A stretch of DNA of 64,000 bases from Octopus vulgaris (taxonomy: Eukaryota), in assembly GCA_951406725.2 (NCBI GenBank), contig OX597819.1, positions 115,506,001-115,570,000 of the forward strand, in the 5' to 3' direction. This document shows, piece after piece, positions 41,347 to 55,004 of the stretch. The notes under the pieces were generated by a model that was not told the DNA's origin, ran no database searches, and worked only from the letters and a program-made list of their open reading frames with translations. Made by a program: the position numbers and the translations under genes. Numbering within the stretch: the first letter of the stretch is position 1; each line of letters begins with the position of its first letter.

Positions 41347-41758
41347 TTTCGGTTTGAACGGCAGTTTTTCTAGCAGTGTCATATGAAATTGTCGCCTATA
41401 ATTATGACCCTAGTATCGAAACATTTCAATCTGTTTTAGGGTTAGTTAGGTTTAGGGTTAGAGGTGGGGGGAAGGGTATCTTTTTTTCTTCACAAATGTA
41501 AATAAACCCAATCTGTTTCTTAAACGAGGGACATATTCATACGGCACAGAATGTTTTTTTTACCTCAATAGACGTCAGTGATTGGTTGAAATTGCAGAAA
41601 TTGAAGAAAAAAAAACAACAAATATCTTACAAACTATAGAATTTTCTCAATAAAGCCAAGAGAAAAAGATGTTTTATAAACACATTCTACCAGTATACGA
41701 AGTTTAAAAGTGTTAAGTTACGTGGAAATTATGTTAAAAACTGTCGTTCAAACCGAAA
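41347..41758. mobile_element. MITE-like element with 23-bp inverted termini and internal TTAGGG-like repeats
   Basis: tttcggtttgaacggcagttttt and aaaaactgtcgttcaaaccgaaa (1 mismatch); ttagggttagttaggtttagggttagagg at about 41436-41464. Confidence 0.65.
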
Positions 41759-41913
41759 TGGTCCAAGTTTTCGAATAAGCAAAACGTATCCGCCGGAAAA
41801 TAGTGTCTTTTACTGCGAGGGAGTAAGAGGACAAGTAAGGGAGATACTGAACAGGTATTTAGGGTTTTTCGAATGCGTATAAATCTGTTTTGTTTTATTA
41901 ATTTTGAGAGATG

Positions 41914-41953
<40 letters not shown>

Positions 41954-43153
41954 AAGAGGAGAAGGAAAGGAAGAAACAGAGAGAGAAGGAGAAAGAGAGG
42001 AGGAGGAGGAGAGAGAGGATCTTTTCGGTTTAATAAAACCAAATCCAATTTTTTTTTAATATTTCTACCGGTTCGTACTCGGGTGTCTCCTTCAGTTTAC
42101 AGCGGTGGTGCCCCCAGCATGGCCGCGGCCTTCAGGCTAAAACATTTTTAAGCATTTAAGGAAATATAGTTTTCATGCTAATTAGGGAAATCATAGTTTT
42201 GTCCTTCTATGCGCATGCGTTTGCGTCTGTATTTGTGTGTCTGGCTTCATGTATGCGTGTGTACGTGCGTGCGTGTGCGTACACATGTCTCTGTCTAGTC
42301 ATGTGTACGCACACACACACAGACATGTACACACATACACACACCTACCTGCACACACAAACCTAATTTTGCTTTTGAAGAAATTAAATTAAATAATAAG
42401 GCGGCAAGCTGGCAGAAACGTTAGCACGCCGGGCGAAATACCTAGCGGTATTTCGTTTGCCGTTACGTTCTGAGTTCCAATTCCGCCGAGGTCGACTTTG
42501 CCTTTCATCCTTTCGGGGTCGATAAATTAAGCACTAGTTACGCACTGGGGTCAATGTAATCGACTTAATCCGCTTGTCTGTCTTTGTTTTTCCCCTCTAT
42601 GTGTAGCCCCTTGTGGGTAGTAAAGAAATAGGGATTTCGCTTGCCGCTACGTTCTGAGTTCAAATTCCGCCGAGATCAACTCTGCCTTTTATTCTTTCGG
42701 GGTCGATTAAATAAGTACAAGTTACGCACTGGGATCGATATAATCCGTTTGTCTGTCCTTGTTTCCCCCCTCTGTGTGTAGCTCCTTGTGGGAAGTAAAG
42801 AAATAAGAAAGTAAATTAAATAAGTTGCGATATGCTTTTTAGTTTCAGCCAATCATGATGCGGCCAGATTTATCACGCTCCCTCATCATTGAAAAAAAAA
42901 AAAAAAATTGCTGAATTATTATTTTGTGTGAATAGTAAAAACACTACGCAACTTTTTATTAATGAACTTATCTAATAAAAGAAAATGAAACAAAGGAACA
43001 TTGATAAGACACTAACAAAAGAGAATTTTATGAAGAAATTCTATCTCTATAAGAGGAACATTCAAAAGACGTATGCTAAGGTAAGAGACAATCAACCATC
43101 ATTTATATATATTGTTGACCTCAAGTTGTAGTTTGCGAATGACAAACAACTAT

Positions 43154-43532
43154 GGAAGCACTCCGTCGGTTACGACGACGAGGGTTCCGGTTGATCCGAT
43201 CAACGGAACAGCCTGCTCGTGAAATTAACGTGCAAGTGGCTGAGCACTCCACAGACACGTGTACCCTTAACGTAGTTCTCGGGGATATTCAGCATGACAC
43301 AGAGTGACAAGGCTGACCCTTTGAAATACAGGTACAACAGAAACAGGAAGTAAGAGTGAGAGAAAGTTGTGGTGAAAGAGTACAGCAGGGATCACCACCA
43401 TCCCTGCCGGAGCCTCGTGGAGCTTTAGGTATTTTCGCTCAATAAACACTCACAACGCCCGGTCTGGGAATCGAAACCGCGATCCTACGACCGCGAGTCC
43501 GCTGCCCTAACTGCTGGGCCATTGCGCCTCCA
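43154..43532 (-). mobile_element. SINE family C
   Basis: Matches family C; TSD tgacaaacaacta. Confidence 0.9.
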
Positions 43533-44259
43533 CTGACAAACAACTAGAAATGTTACAGCAAGCAGTACTTGGATGTACCAAAGTAATTAATATGATATTT
43601 AGATGAGAGAAATGTTTCAAGAGGAAAACTCATTAAGGATACTGATATTGTGGTAGATAACGAAACCGAGATAAGAGACAAGATATAGAAATACTTATGA
43701 ATCAAAGAAACAATGTACAGCACACAGAGGAAAGTAAAGATGAGGAAGGAATATTGATTTCAAATTTTGGCAAAAGGGAAACAATTTCGTGGGAGGAGAT
43801 AAATCGATTACATCGATCTCAATGTTCAACTGGTACTTATTTTATCGACTCCGGAAGGATGACAGGCAAGTCGACTTCAGAGGAATTTGAACTCAGGACG
43901 TAAAGACGGACGAAAGGCTGCTAAGCATTTTCCCGGCACGATAACGCCTTAGATAAGGAAGGAGTAATAAAGACATTATATTAATGCGTAAAACAGAGCT
44001 AAAGTGATGGCAAGCTGGCAGAAACGTTAGCGCGCCGGGCGAAATACGTAGCCGTATTTCGTCTGCCGCTACGTTCTGAGTTCAAATTCCGCCGAGGTCG
44101 ACTTTGCCTTTCATCCTTTCGGGGTCGATTAAATAAGTACCAGTTACGCACTGGGGCCGATATAATCGACTTAATCCGTGTGTATGTTCTTGTTTGTCCC
44201 CTCTGTGTTTAGCCCCTTGTGGGTAGTAAAGAAATAGAGATAGATATATATCACTACTC

Positions 44260-45310
44260 CAGTTGTTCTATTAATGAATTTAAGCTGTGATATTTTTGAT
44301 TGGACGCTAAATGAACTTGCGAGACTAGACAGAAAAACGAGAAAAATTATGATTGCATTTAGACTACACCCTAAAAATCTGACATAGAAGAAAATATTTA
44401 CCTTGAATGGTAGAGATCTTACGCAATCAGAAAACTTTTGTAAAATATCTACAGTAGGACTATAAAAGTATCTTGTTAAAAATTATTGAAAATTTGTACC
44501 AACTACTACAAATCAAGAACAAAAGAAAAAAAGCTCTCTGTTTTCTGTGAAGGTAGCTACAAAATACACCCCCTCCACACAAGAAGCTTCAATGGCCAAT
44601 AGATGTGGAGAGAAAAGAAAATCAATAACCGGAAAAATGTCAAAATCTAAGCTAAAAATTGGGCCACAAATACCTTGATAAAACGATGACAGAAAAAAAA
44701 AAAAGATGCCTGAATTCGGTCAAAACCTGAAAAAACAAATAAACAAAATAACAAAAGGCAAAAAACAAAACAAAACAAAAAATGAATATAGATGAAGTAG
44801 ATAAAGCCAATTTGCAACAGCGATAGAGAGGCACAGGACTCAGAACAGAAACTTGAAAGGTTCATCGTTACAACTTAAAAGCAAAACTCAAAACAGAAAC
44901 CATAAAAAACATAATGCAGTAAAATAATATAACTATAGAATCCGTGGCGTTGAGGAAGAAACAACCATATTGTATTTTGCTGCCCAGGGTAAACTAAGAA
45001 AGAATATACTCACAGACAAGACAGAGCTAGGACTTAAATAATCTGGAAGTTATGCATTATAGATACCAGTAGAAAAGAGGCAGCATAAACAGATATCAGA
45101 AAAAGTCGGAGAATGAGAATACCACTATACTCTGGGATATGCCAATACGCATACACAAAAAGAAGAAAATCAAGATCAAACTACCTGATATTGCTCAAGG
45201 GCCACAAGGAAAACTATGCTTTCTAATCAAAGTTACAGATCCAGCAGATATATTTTGCTCACAGAAATGGAGAAATTATTCAAATATAAATTATCATAGA
45301 TGTGCAGAAC
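44260..45310 (+). mobile_element. Degraded RLE-type LINE, same family as 59950-60865
   Basis: Remnants such as PEKVGENE..TILWDMPIRI...PDI and broken LDRKTRKIM...LHPK. Confidence 0.6.
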
Positions 45311-45328
45311 AGTGCGTATCAAAGCATT

Positions 45329-45386
<58 letters not shown>

Positions 45387-45397
45387 TGAATGACCTA

Positions 45398-46505
45398 CGA
45401 GGTGATATCAAAACATCCCCGGATTAGTTATGTCTAATGAAAAATAACTTTTTAACCAAATTTTTAACATCCATCTCCTTCGAAATAGTCACCTTGCGCA
45501 GCAATGCACCGGTCCCAGAGTTCCTACCACTTTTGGAATCCAGCTTTCCGTAAGCTTGTCGAGGACCTTCTGCGACTCGTTCTGGAACTCGACAACGGTG
45601 CTGAAATGACGATCTTTGAGCTGCACTTTCATCTTGGGGAAGCGATGTAAGTTCGAAGGTGCAAATCTGGCGAACAGGGTGGGTACAGAAGCGATACTAT
45701 GTTGTTTTGGGCGGGAAACCCACGAATGAAGAGAGCTCAGTGACAGGGTGCATTGTCAGAGTGAAGAATCTAATTCTTCACGCTTCAGAGATTCGGCTGG
45801 GGGTGAATTCCCGACGCACAATACCATGATGTCGCCCCCCCACCTCCAAAAAAAAAACGATGAACATACTCCTGGTTGAGCTACGGCTCTGTCATGCTCC
45901 CTCTGGTTGTGGAGATGATGGCCTCTTCCATTGTGACAACTGCTGCTTCGTCTCAGGGTCGTCCACGTAAACCCAACTCTCGTCACCAGTAATGATTCTC
46001 GACATGTAGGATGGGTCATCAGCGGCACGCTGACAGAGATCTTGACAGATTTCGATGCGATGTTCGTTCTGCTCAGTGGTTTAGCAAGCGGGGGACAAAC
46101 TTGGCACAGGCACGTCGCATGTTCAATTCAGACGTTAGGATTTCCTGCATGGACACACACGACAGACTAACAACACCAGTAATGTCTTTGATTGTCCTCC
46201 TCCGATCCCCATGTACAAGTTGGTGAATTTTTTCCCACATTTCCGGGGTTGTCGCTCGTGGTGAGTCTTCCAGATCGCTCATCGTCTTCCAGGGACGTTC
46301 TTCTGCGTTTGAAGCAGCTGTGCCTCTCGAAACATTGCCTACGATCCAATGCCTCATCGCCGTAAGCTTGCCGCAGCATGCTCAATGTCTCTGTAACAGA
46401 CTTCCAACGTTGAATGCAAAATTTTTCGTTGGCTCTTTGTTCATGACAAAATTGCAGACTACAGTACAGAAAGTGATCACAAAAACACAAATTTCATACT
46501 CGCGT
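45398..46505 (-). mobile_element. Degraded mariner from a third family
   Basis: Minus peptides TETLSMLRQAYGDEAL...SLEDDERSGR, LNMRRACAKFVPRLL and IITGDESWV; TA|cgagg terminus at about 45396. Confidence 0.8.
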
Positions 46506-46538
46506 GTATATGTACATATGTATATATATATATATATA

Positions 46539-46769
46539 CTCTCTTACTCTTTTACTCTTTTACTTGTTTCAGTCATTTGACTACGGCCGTACTGGAGCAC
46601 CGCCTGTAGTCGAACAAATCCACCTCAGAACTTATTCTTTGTAAACCTAGTACTTATTCTATCGGCCTCTTTGCCGAACCGCTAAGTTATATGGACGTGA
46701 ACACACCAGCATCGGTTGTCAAGCGATGGTGGGGAGAGACAAACACAGACACACAAACATATACATACA

Positions 46770-46864
<95 letters not shown>

Positions 46865-47019
46865 CGAGCTTCTTTTCAGTTTCAGTTCACCAAATCTACT
46901 CACAAAGCTTTGGTTGGCTCGAAGTTATAGCAGTAGACACTTGCCCAAGGTGCCACGCAGTGGCACTAAACCCAGAACCATGTGGTTAGTGAGTAAGCTA
47001 CTTACCACATAGCCACTCC
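46539..47019 (-). mobile_element. SINE family A with a long internal (CA)n
   Basis: Reverse complement of the family A sequence. Confidence 0.85.
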
Positions 47020-47246
47020 GGACCATTTTTTTTTTGACGTATAACTGACCTTCTTAGGTTAACTAGATGCCTACATGCAGTGCTGATGAAATGATCACCC
47101 GGATTATACTTATCCAATTATTATAGATATATGCATACATACATGTTGAAATTCCAACGAAAGAGCCTTGGATCTAGGTTAGAAACAGTTTCTTTCTCTA
47201 TTGGCAAAAAATCTTGAAATAAATTGAATAATGACACACACACACA

Positions 47247-47302
<56 letters not shown>

Positions 47303-47515
47303 TATATATATATATATATATTTAAATAATACATTTCTAAATCTCTCAGAGATATTTATACAGTAGTGATACGATAAAATAGTTGCATACTGTCAACTTA
47401 ATTCCCTGAAGGGAATAATATTTCTCTTTTTGAAATCAGTGAACCTATTTCAATAGAATAATTATATGTTTACAAGGGTTAGATAGGCATCTCCAACAAG
47501 CAAGCCATGCTACTC

Positions 47516-47554
47516 CAGACTGATGACGAGCAAATACTCAGAAACAAGTCTCTG
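47516..47554 (+). ncRNA. Minimal type I hammerhead ribozyme with GUC triplet
   Basis: Stem I CAGA/TCTG; CTGATGA; stem II cGAGcaaataCTCa; GAA; AC-AA-GT; C17 at 47550. Confidence 0.7.
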
Positions 47555-47764
47555 AGTGCTGGCTTAGCTGGGTAGGGGTGCTTATCTCCCCCTTGTAAAC
47601 ATAAGGACACAGGAAATGTGTCAAGGCCGACAGGAAGCGTTGATGCATCCTAGGGCTAAATAGCAGTAGCATTATTCCCTTCATGGGACTGTCACATTAA
47701 GTTAACAGTATACAACTACTTTATCGTATCACCACTGCATAAATCTCTCTGAAAGATTTAGAAA

Positions 47765-47801
<37 letters not shown>

Positions 47802-48736
47802 AAAATACAAACTGGGACAAGAACGCAAAACATTTAGAAGACGATACAAAATACACGGACGGGACATTCGAAGCCTTCAATCTTCAGTCAAAAACCGGAT
47901 CATCCTCGCAATTTCGGCTGATTAATCTTGAGATTGCTCCGATCTGGCCAGCCCCAAAGGAAAATCTAAGCCAAGCGCATTAGATTCCTTGGAAGAAAGC
48001 TTCGAATGTATACAAAACAAGGACGGAAAAACTGACGATGTTACACGAATATATATATACATACATGTATATATGTTATATATTCCTCTGGAAGGCGTTC
48101 GTGGGGCCTGTGTGAAATTTGTATTTGTATGCATGTGTTATGCTATTTTGTACTAAAGAACAGATTGCACGCAATTAATGGATAAGGATGGTGTGAGAAA
48201 GGCCTGAGATGAGACAGGAACAGCAGAGTGGCAGAGAGAATAGAGAGAGAGAGTGTGAGGGTGAGAACTGGAAAATTGGGGCAAAGAATGGATCATAGTT
48301 AGGTTGAATTGTTTATTGGCCTTTAGACATACATACGTACGTACATACATACATGCATAAATACATATATGTATTCATATTAACACATATACACTGATGG
48401 ACATACACAAACTTACACACGTATTTCAGCACGTACAACCACACTCACACACATTCATAGACAACCACTTACAGATATGTATGTATGTATGTGTGTATGT
48501 GTGTGCGCGCGTGTGTGTGTGTGTGTCTGTGTGTGTATGTGTATGCATATTCATGTCTATGTATCCATTTCCGCACGCATAATTACAAGCAAGTACAAAC
48601 ATACGTACATAGAAACGCATGCAACACAGGCATTTAGACCTTTTAAGCTCTGTTAAAGCGCACAATTATACGTACGCGCGCCTACGCAACACGCACACAC
48701 ACACACACAGGTACACACACACACACACACACACAT

Positions 48737-48771
<35 letters not shown>

Positions 48772-48944
48772 CATAAGCTAACACATCGATGTCGCTGTGC
48801 TTGTGATAATAATATATCAGAGAGACATAGCCATATATAGAAATCCGTCACCGCTGGTATAAAAACGAATTTACTGAAACTGCCCTGTCAGTACATTTCA
48901 TACACTTTTTAGGCATCATTTGCCCCACTATATCACCAGTTAAA

Positions 48945-49049
48945 ATGTCAATGTCTTTAAAGAAATTTATGTTCTCCATAAATCTTGTATCTTTGGGATT
49001 TTTCTTGCTGATATCGTTTCAATGTATAGTCACGTTGGCAGAAGCTAAG
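48945..49049 (+). CDS. iGluR/IR-like receptor copy 2, first coding exon (signal peptide)
   Basis: MSMSLKKFMFSINLVSLGFFLLISFQCIVTLAEAK has a basic n-region, a hydrophobic h-region and an A-E-A cleavage motif. Donor AAG|GTAGGT is phase 0. An upstream acceptor (tttttAG, 48911-48912) implies a further 5' exon. Confidence 0.75.
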
Positions 49050-49779
49050 GTAGGTTGATTCTAAGTTCATATATTACATTTCAAATATATAGATAAAACA
49101 ATTTCTTTTTCTCCATAATACTCTATTAACCCCCTTTTCCCTCCAGAATCCCATGAGGATATTACATTTTTTTGTCAGTCTTTCTATCTTAACTTCAGTT
49201 TGTAAGATGGAGCCTTTTTCCAGAATATGGTTCCCCCAAATTTAAATGTTTTAAAATTCCTTTATCATACTAGCTACATCACTTGTTCATTTCATTTTGC
49301 TATATCGTAAGAAAGCTTCTAAGCTCAAAGTATTCACTAATTCTAAAATCCCAACATCACTCCGATTGTCTACAATTTGTTAAAGAAACTGTTATTGAAA
49401 AATCGCCAACTGTTTAAGATGATTTAAATACAATGTTCATGTTTTAAAGCCACCCAAGAAACAGGCAAAATACGTTTTGAAAATAGGTAATTTAGTATCA
49501 TTTCTTATACAATGGCGAAAGTTTAGTGAAGATTGTATTTTTCCAAAAGATTTCCACCACTTTCGAATTCTATCTGCAAATCATCTTCAAGATTTACATT
49601 CCTGTTTTACTTACATATTTGAAAAGCTTAGCAGATCGTATTTGATGGTATAAGACGTACTATCTCCCTCTTTCCTCTCACTCTCTCTCTCTTCCCTATC
49701 TCTCTTCCCCTTCCCCCTCTCTCTCTCAAAAGTTCCAAATAATTACATGCATTAAAAAATACCATATTTACAATGGAGG

Positions 49780-51720
49780 GATAGGTGTCCTCATCTTGTT
49801 TGTTGCTATCACAACGTTTCGGCTGATGTACTCTCCAGCCTTCATCAGGTGTTCAGGTGGAATTTGACTAGTGGGGTACACTAAGGTATGTTGCTGATGT
49901 TATTTTTCTGCTGGTTAGTAGCCCGCGCTTTTATCCACTACGCTATATGCCCGTGGGCAATTGTATAGTGAATTTTAGGGTCTATAAACCTAGTATTTTA
50001 TCTTCTCTTAATACTGGTTCCCATATTACATTAATATCTGCACTTCGTCTGCTTAGGGGTTACTATGTCCTAGCATATGTGCTGCCTCTTAATTTTCGTA
50101 TTTTCCAGTGGTGTTCTCTATCAATTATTTTAACTTCATCCTTACAGCGGGATGTGGTCTCCGTTTTTCCAGACATGATCAGCTACACCCGATTCTTCAA
50201 AGTCCCCTCATGTCACATATTTACGATGTTCCTCTACCCTTACTTTAAGGGGACGGCATGTTTCACCTTTGTATAACCTACCACAACTGCATGGGATAGG
50301 GTACACGTAATTCTTGTTCCTAATCTCTTCTATGGATGGTTTTACTCGGAGAAGATATTTGCAAAGTCTTTTCCGAGAGGCCTTTGGCACAGGGTAGACA
50401 GACTGTACTCAATTTACGGGTTTCATGCCCTCCTCTCTTCCTAATTGTGGTGGACAGTATGTTATTTGGGTAGTTGTTGCATAGTAAATTGTTTCTTAGC
50501 CTCATCATTTCTTCCTGGAGTGTATCAATATCATTGCTTAAAGTCTTTGCTCGATGTTTTAGATACTGCGCAATCTCCCTCTTTATACTGTATGGATGGT
50601 TGGAATTGAAGTTGAGGTATTGCCCAGTGAAGGTAGCTTGCGATATACGGATGTCCTGAATCCATGCTCAGTGCGCGTTATTAATACGTCCAGGAATGCT
50701 AACCGATTGTCCTTTTCCTTTTCCATTGCGAACTGTATGGATGGCTTTTATTGAGTTCACATGATCTAGTAGTACTTGGACATCCTCCTGGCGGGGCCAG
50801 AGTATGAAGGTGTCTTCAACATATCGAAGCCTTAGAGTTGGCTTTAGTGATGTTGATCCTAAAGCCTAATTCTTAAAGTATTCCATGTATATATTAGCTA
50901 TTATTGGTGATAATGACAAACCCTTAGCTAAACCATCATCCTGTCGATAGATATCACTATCTACTCTAAAGTAGGTAGTTTCTACGCAGCAAGTCAACAT
51001 TTCCATCAAGGTTTCTATTGGTATACTAGTGCATTCATTTAGAGAGGTATCCGCCACTAGTTTGTCTTGAATCACTGATAGTGCTTCATTGGTTAGGACT
51101 TTGTTAAACAGACTTATCACATCTAGACTAACCATCTAGTTGGATCCTATGGGAGTACCCTTGATCAATTCTGTGAAGTGAGTGGAATTCTTCACATACG
51201 ATATTGACTTACCTGATATGGGTTGGCCATTATCACCAGTAGCAAGTGGCAATCATGTTCTATGGACGTGTCTCTTGAGGCCTGCTGGTGCCTTGCAACC
51301 TTTAGGCAAATGGAACAAGTTGAGGACTCAGTTTGTTTAAGTGCTTGTGGATCATTTACTATGTGTTTTCTTGAGCGGGCGGCAAGGCCTGCTTTGCTTC
51401 GTATCACGAAACCACAATGACGGGAGCAGTGTTTTACCAGCGTGCTTTCATGCTTGCACAATTGTTGGTCCCGGTGCTGGAGTCGACTTTGGTCAAGTCT
51501 TTGAACTGAGAAGAAGCAGGACTTGCGCCAGGTCCTGCGTTCTGATACTTTGTTTTCTCTGGAAAAAAAGAGAATGTTCATCGCTTCAGATTGTTTTTTA
51601 GTTAGTCTTTCAAGCGCAAGTGCAGCCTTCCAACTGACCTTCCTCTTGGGAATTGCTTCGGTATTCTGATATCACACATATGTGAGAGATAACCTGACCA
51701 TCTAAGCTGTATTATGATGT
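49780..51720 (-). mobile_element. Degraded Penelope-like element (RT plus GIY-YIG endonuclease)
   Basis: RT motifs SLDVISLFNKV, YRQDDGLAKGLSLSPIIANIYME and LRYVEDTF; GIY-YIG motif VYPIPCSCGRLYKGETCRPLKVRVEEH; multiple frameshifts. Confidence 0.9.
49810..49851 (-). ncRNA. Minimal hammerhead at the 3' end of the Penelope-like element
   Basis: CAC-CTGATGA-A-GGCTG...CAGCC-GAA-ACGT-T-GTG: intact core, extra A after A9, palindromic ACGT stem III. Confidence 0.75.
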
Positions 51721-51735
51721 GGATAGTTTCAATAC

Positions 51736-51816
<81 letters not shown>

Positions 51817-52052
51817 GTATGTTTTACTTTTTGCTTAAATAGAAATCTTTTGCTATTTAAGTAACCAGTAAAACATACATTTTCGAGTTTGAAAAAAGGC
51901 TACTTGAAGTTCGAAGCTCAGAGTAACCCACTAAAAATTATTAAGATTAAAATAAAAATTATCCCCTAATTAACCCCTAAAAAAACCCCATCTCTACTCA
52001 TTCTTTCAAATATATATATAATAATATACCAATGACTTTCTCTTTATTATTC

Positions 52053-52110
<58 letters not shown>

Positions 52111-53178
52111 GAATGCATATATTTATGTTTCTGATGTTATCAATATACTGAAGTGCACACTCAAGACCGAACCCCAGAACTGATAATCAACCTCATAGAT
52201 ATCACAATAACACCAATTTTTCTCTAAACGATTATAGATGCCCATCGTATGCTGATCTGTTGTAAATCATTATGGTTTTGATACCTAGCTAACTGTACCA
52301 TCCAATCCAGCGGCATCGACAGCGTAGAACAAAATATTTAAACGCAGCACGCGAGTTAAAAGAGATAGCACGTACATACACACTCACTCACCCACTCATT
52401 TACACACACGCGTACAAACACACTCTCACGCAAGCAGAACATACATATTCTTGCGATAAAACAGAATCTACAATGCATAACAAATGTCTTTCTAGCTAAC
52501 AACGATACGAAAAAGTTAAACTTATACAATCTGCTTTGAACCTAACCTCAATAGCCTAGTTAAAAAAGGTCAAAACCCAATTATAACGGAAATATAATGG
52601 TAACAAACACAAGGAAATATAAGTATCTATGAAAAACCGTCAAGAGACTTCCGGTGCCGACACAGCAAGGCAATATAACCATTGCCTTGTTGATATTTTG
52701 AAATCATTTGATACGTACGTTTCAGCTTTGCGCAATATTTAATAAATGCATTCATTACGTAAATCTTCCTCCGTTAAAGCATTTTCAAAATATTTTTAAG
52801 TGCTTTAAACTGAGGGAGTTTTGTGTAATCGATGAATTTCCTGTTATATATTAAGAAAGCTAGAAACGTACGTACTAAATAATTTCAAAATATTACTGTT
52901 TGGTTTTACTTCATTATTACAACTTATGCGAGTCGATTCCAGTACAAATTAGACAGTGTAGACTATACTTATGCAGATACTTTGACAATAACTTGGAAGA
53001 GTCTGATATATTTGATATGAGTCCAAAATTTCGGTACCGTGCACCGCCTCTTAGTATAACATGAAATATGTATGTCTCTTCTATTTTTTAATTATTATAA
53101 ATCTTCCACTGAGGAGGGAGCCCGTTTCCAACAAAGATACAAGGCTCAATCTTTTGGTTGTAGCTAACACAGACAAAT

Positions 53179-53545
53179 TCACATTTGGAACTTGATAAAA
53201 GTCTTGCATATTTTTACTGTTCCACTCACAGATTGCAATTGTAATGTACGAATTAGCCGGTCAGTTTCTCTTTCTGAAAATCCCAGTTTATTCATATTCT
53301 CCTTTAAGCTTTTGCTAACAAAACTTAGTGCTCCATTTATTATTGTTATGAATATGAATTCATAGTATTGATATAGAAGCAGGATGTTTCGAAGCAGTTG
53401 TCCATAAATATCCTCTTTTTCTTTGATTTTCAAATACTTATATCTGAAGGGCAGTTAATCTCTATGATGGTACACACCTTTACCACTTTGTCCCAAACAA
53501 CAATATCCGGCCTGTTATGTTTACATTTGACAGAAGTTTGGATGA
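53179..53545 (-). mobile_element. 3' end of an RLE-type LINE
   Basis: RPDIVVWDK...KEKEDIYGQLLRNI...FITIINGAL...LQLQSVSGTVKICKTF. Confidence 0.65.
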
Positions 53546-53737
53546 GAATATTCTACCAGTGTGTATATATGTATGTATGCATATATGTATATATATATTT
53601 ATATATACGTACACACAAACATGTGTATAAATACATGCATACATATATACGTATACATATGCACACATATATGTTCTTCTAAGAAGAACAGGATGGAGTA
53701 AGTGGAGCAAGAACACACATGAAAAAGAAAAGTGTAC

Positions 53738-53771
53738 CTGAAGAGGTCACAGATGTGTGACGAAAGATTTC
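53738..53771 (+). ncRNA. Degenerate hammerhead motif in a dispersed repeat (second copy 1390-1423, - strand)
   Basis: CTGAAGA-G-GTCACAgatgTGTGAC-GAA-AGATTTC; stem I is poorly paired. The surrounding ~200 bp is shared with 1290-1465. Confidence 0.45.
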
Positions 53772-54965
53772 CGGGCAATGAACATGAATTAAAATAATAA
53801 AATAAGAATAGTAATAAACGAGTGAAGAAAAATATATAGTGCGTGTGTTTATTTGGCAAAAAAGACAAAATGACCATCCCGAAATACAACAATATATATA
53901 CATGTCTATGCGAATATATATGTAAATACGAGGGGGTGCTGAAAAGTTCCGGCTTTGTGCAAAAGATAATACAGGAGGCTCATTAATTATGATTTTATTG
54001 AACATATTCCCCTCTCATATTCACACTCTTCTTGCAGTGACTCTTTGGTTTTTCTAAGCCCCGTAAAAGAAAATCTTGTGCAGTTGTAACAATAGGAGCC
54101 AATAGTTTCATCATCATCCATGGTTCATCAACCTCGCAGCCAATGATTCTTTTGTGTCTTGTCATCTAAAAAGCAAGAAGGTTCTTGAGTCAGCACAGGC
54201 GTCAACTGCAACAACGAGGCTGTGGTGGTGTTGAGATATTAGAAAGCAACACGGAGCTTCTTAAGTGTTCATCGACATACTAGAAATATCAGTAATCTAA
54301 CTGAAATCACACGTTAAAGACCTAAACAATGAAGGACATTTTAGATTGTGTAGTTTTAGATACACTAAATCTGGAAAAGAGACGGGATAGAGCAAATAGA
54401 AAAAAAAATTGAGTATAATTTTGATGGATCATGACTCACTTTCTTCTACATAACGATAACAATAAAAAGAGGATGAAATAGGTACCAACAACAGCAGTAG
54501 CAGCAGCAGCAGCACCCCGACCTCCTACGCAACCGCTGAGCCTGGATGCGTATTCATCCATCCGTCGATGCTCTCGGTGTCGGGGGTTGACCTGCTTTCT
54601 CTTCTTCGGGTCTTACGAATAGCAAAGGACCACGTTTCGGACTTCTCCCACTACACTCTGAGACGAAGACCGTTTCGCTCAACAAACAAACAAAACAAAC
54701 AAAGCAGCAGCAGCAACAACAACAATAACACGGTAGATACAACCTCAATAAAAGTGATGTTACCTGTTAAATTGTCGCTTCCATGTCTGACAAGCACTAT
54801 GACTTCAATTCCGTAATCAAGGCAACACAAAACCTACCCCAAGACCAGTTTTCAGAATATGTGTTTGTTGTCAGTTATCTTCCAATATAGATATTTCAAA
54901 ATTTAATATTTCTGTGAAATATTTTGAGATAATTATCAAAACAATGCTTTCTTTTTATTTTCTAG

Positions 54966-55004
54966 AATCCCGCGAAAAAGGTTATCAAGGTTTCTACGTT
55001 ACAA
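54966..55004 (+). CDS. Receptor copy 2, 39-nt micro-exon (NPAKKVIKVSTLQ, first beta strand of S1)
   Basis: Acceptor tttcttttattttctAG and donor CAA|GTAAGT, phase 0 at both ends. Joins the next exon to give KVIKVSTLQ|IPPFYM, equivalent to AMPA-type KTVVVTTILESPYVM. Confidence 0.85.

Noticed and set aside
53928-54075. Mariner-like terminus (TA|cgagggggtgctgaaaagttcc)
   Set aside because: Only a short end with no partner TIR or ORF; too little to delimit as an element.
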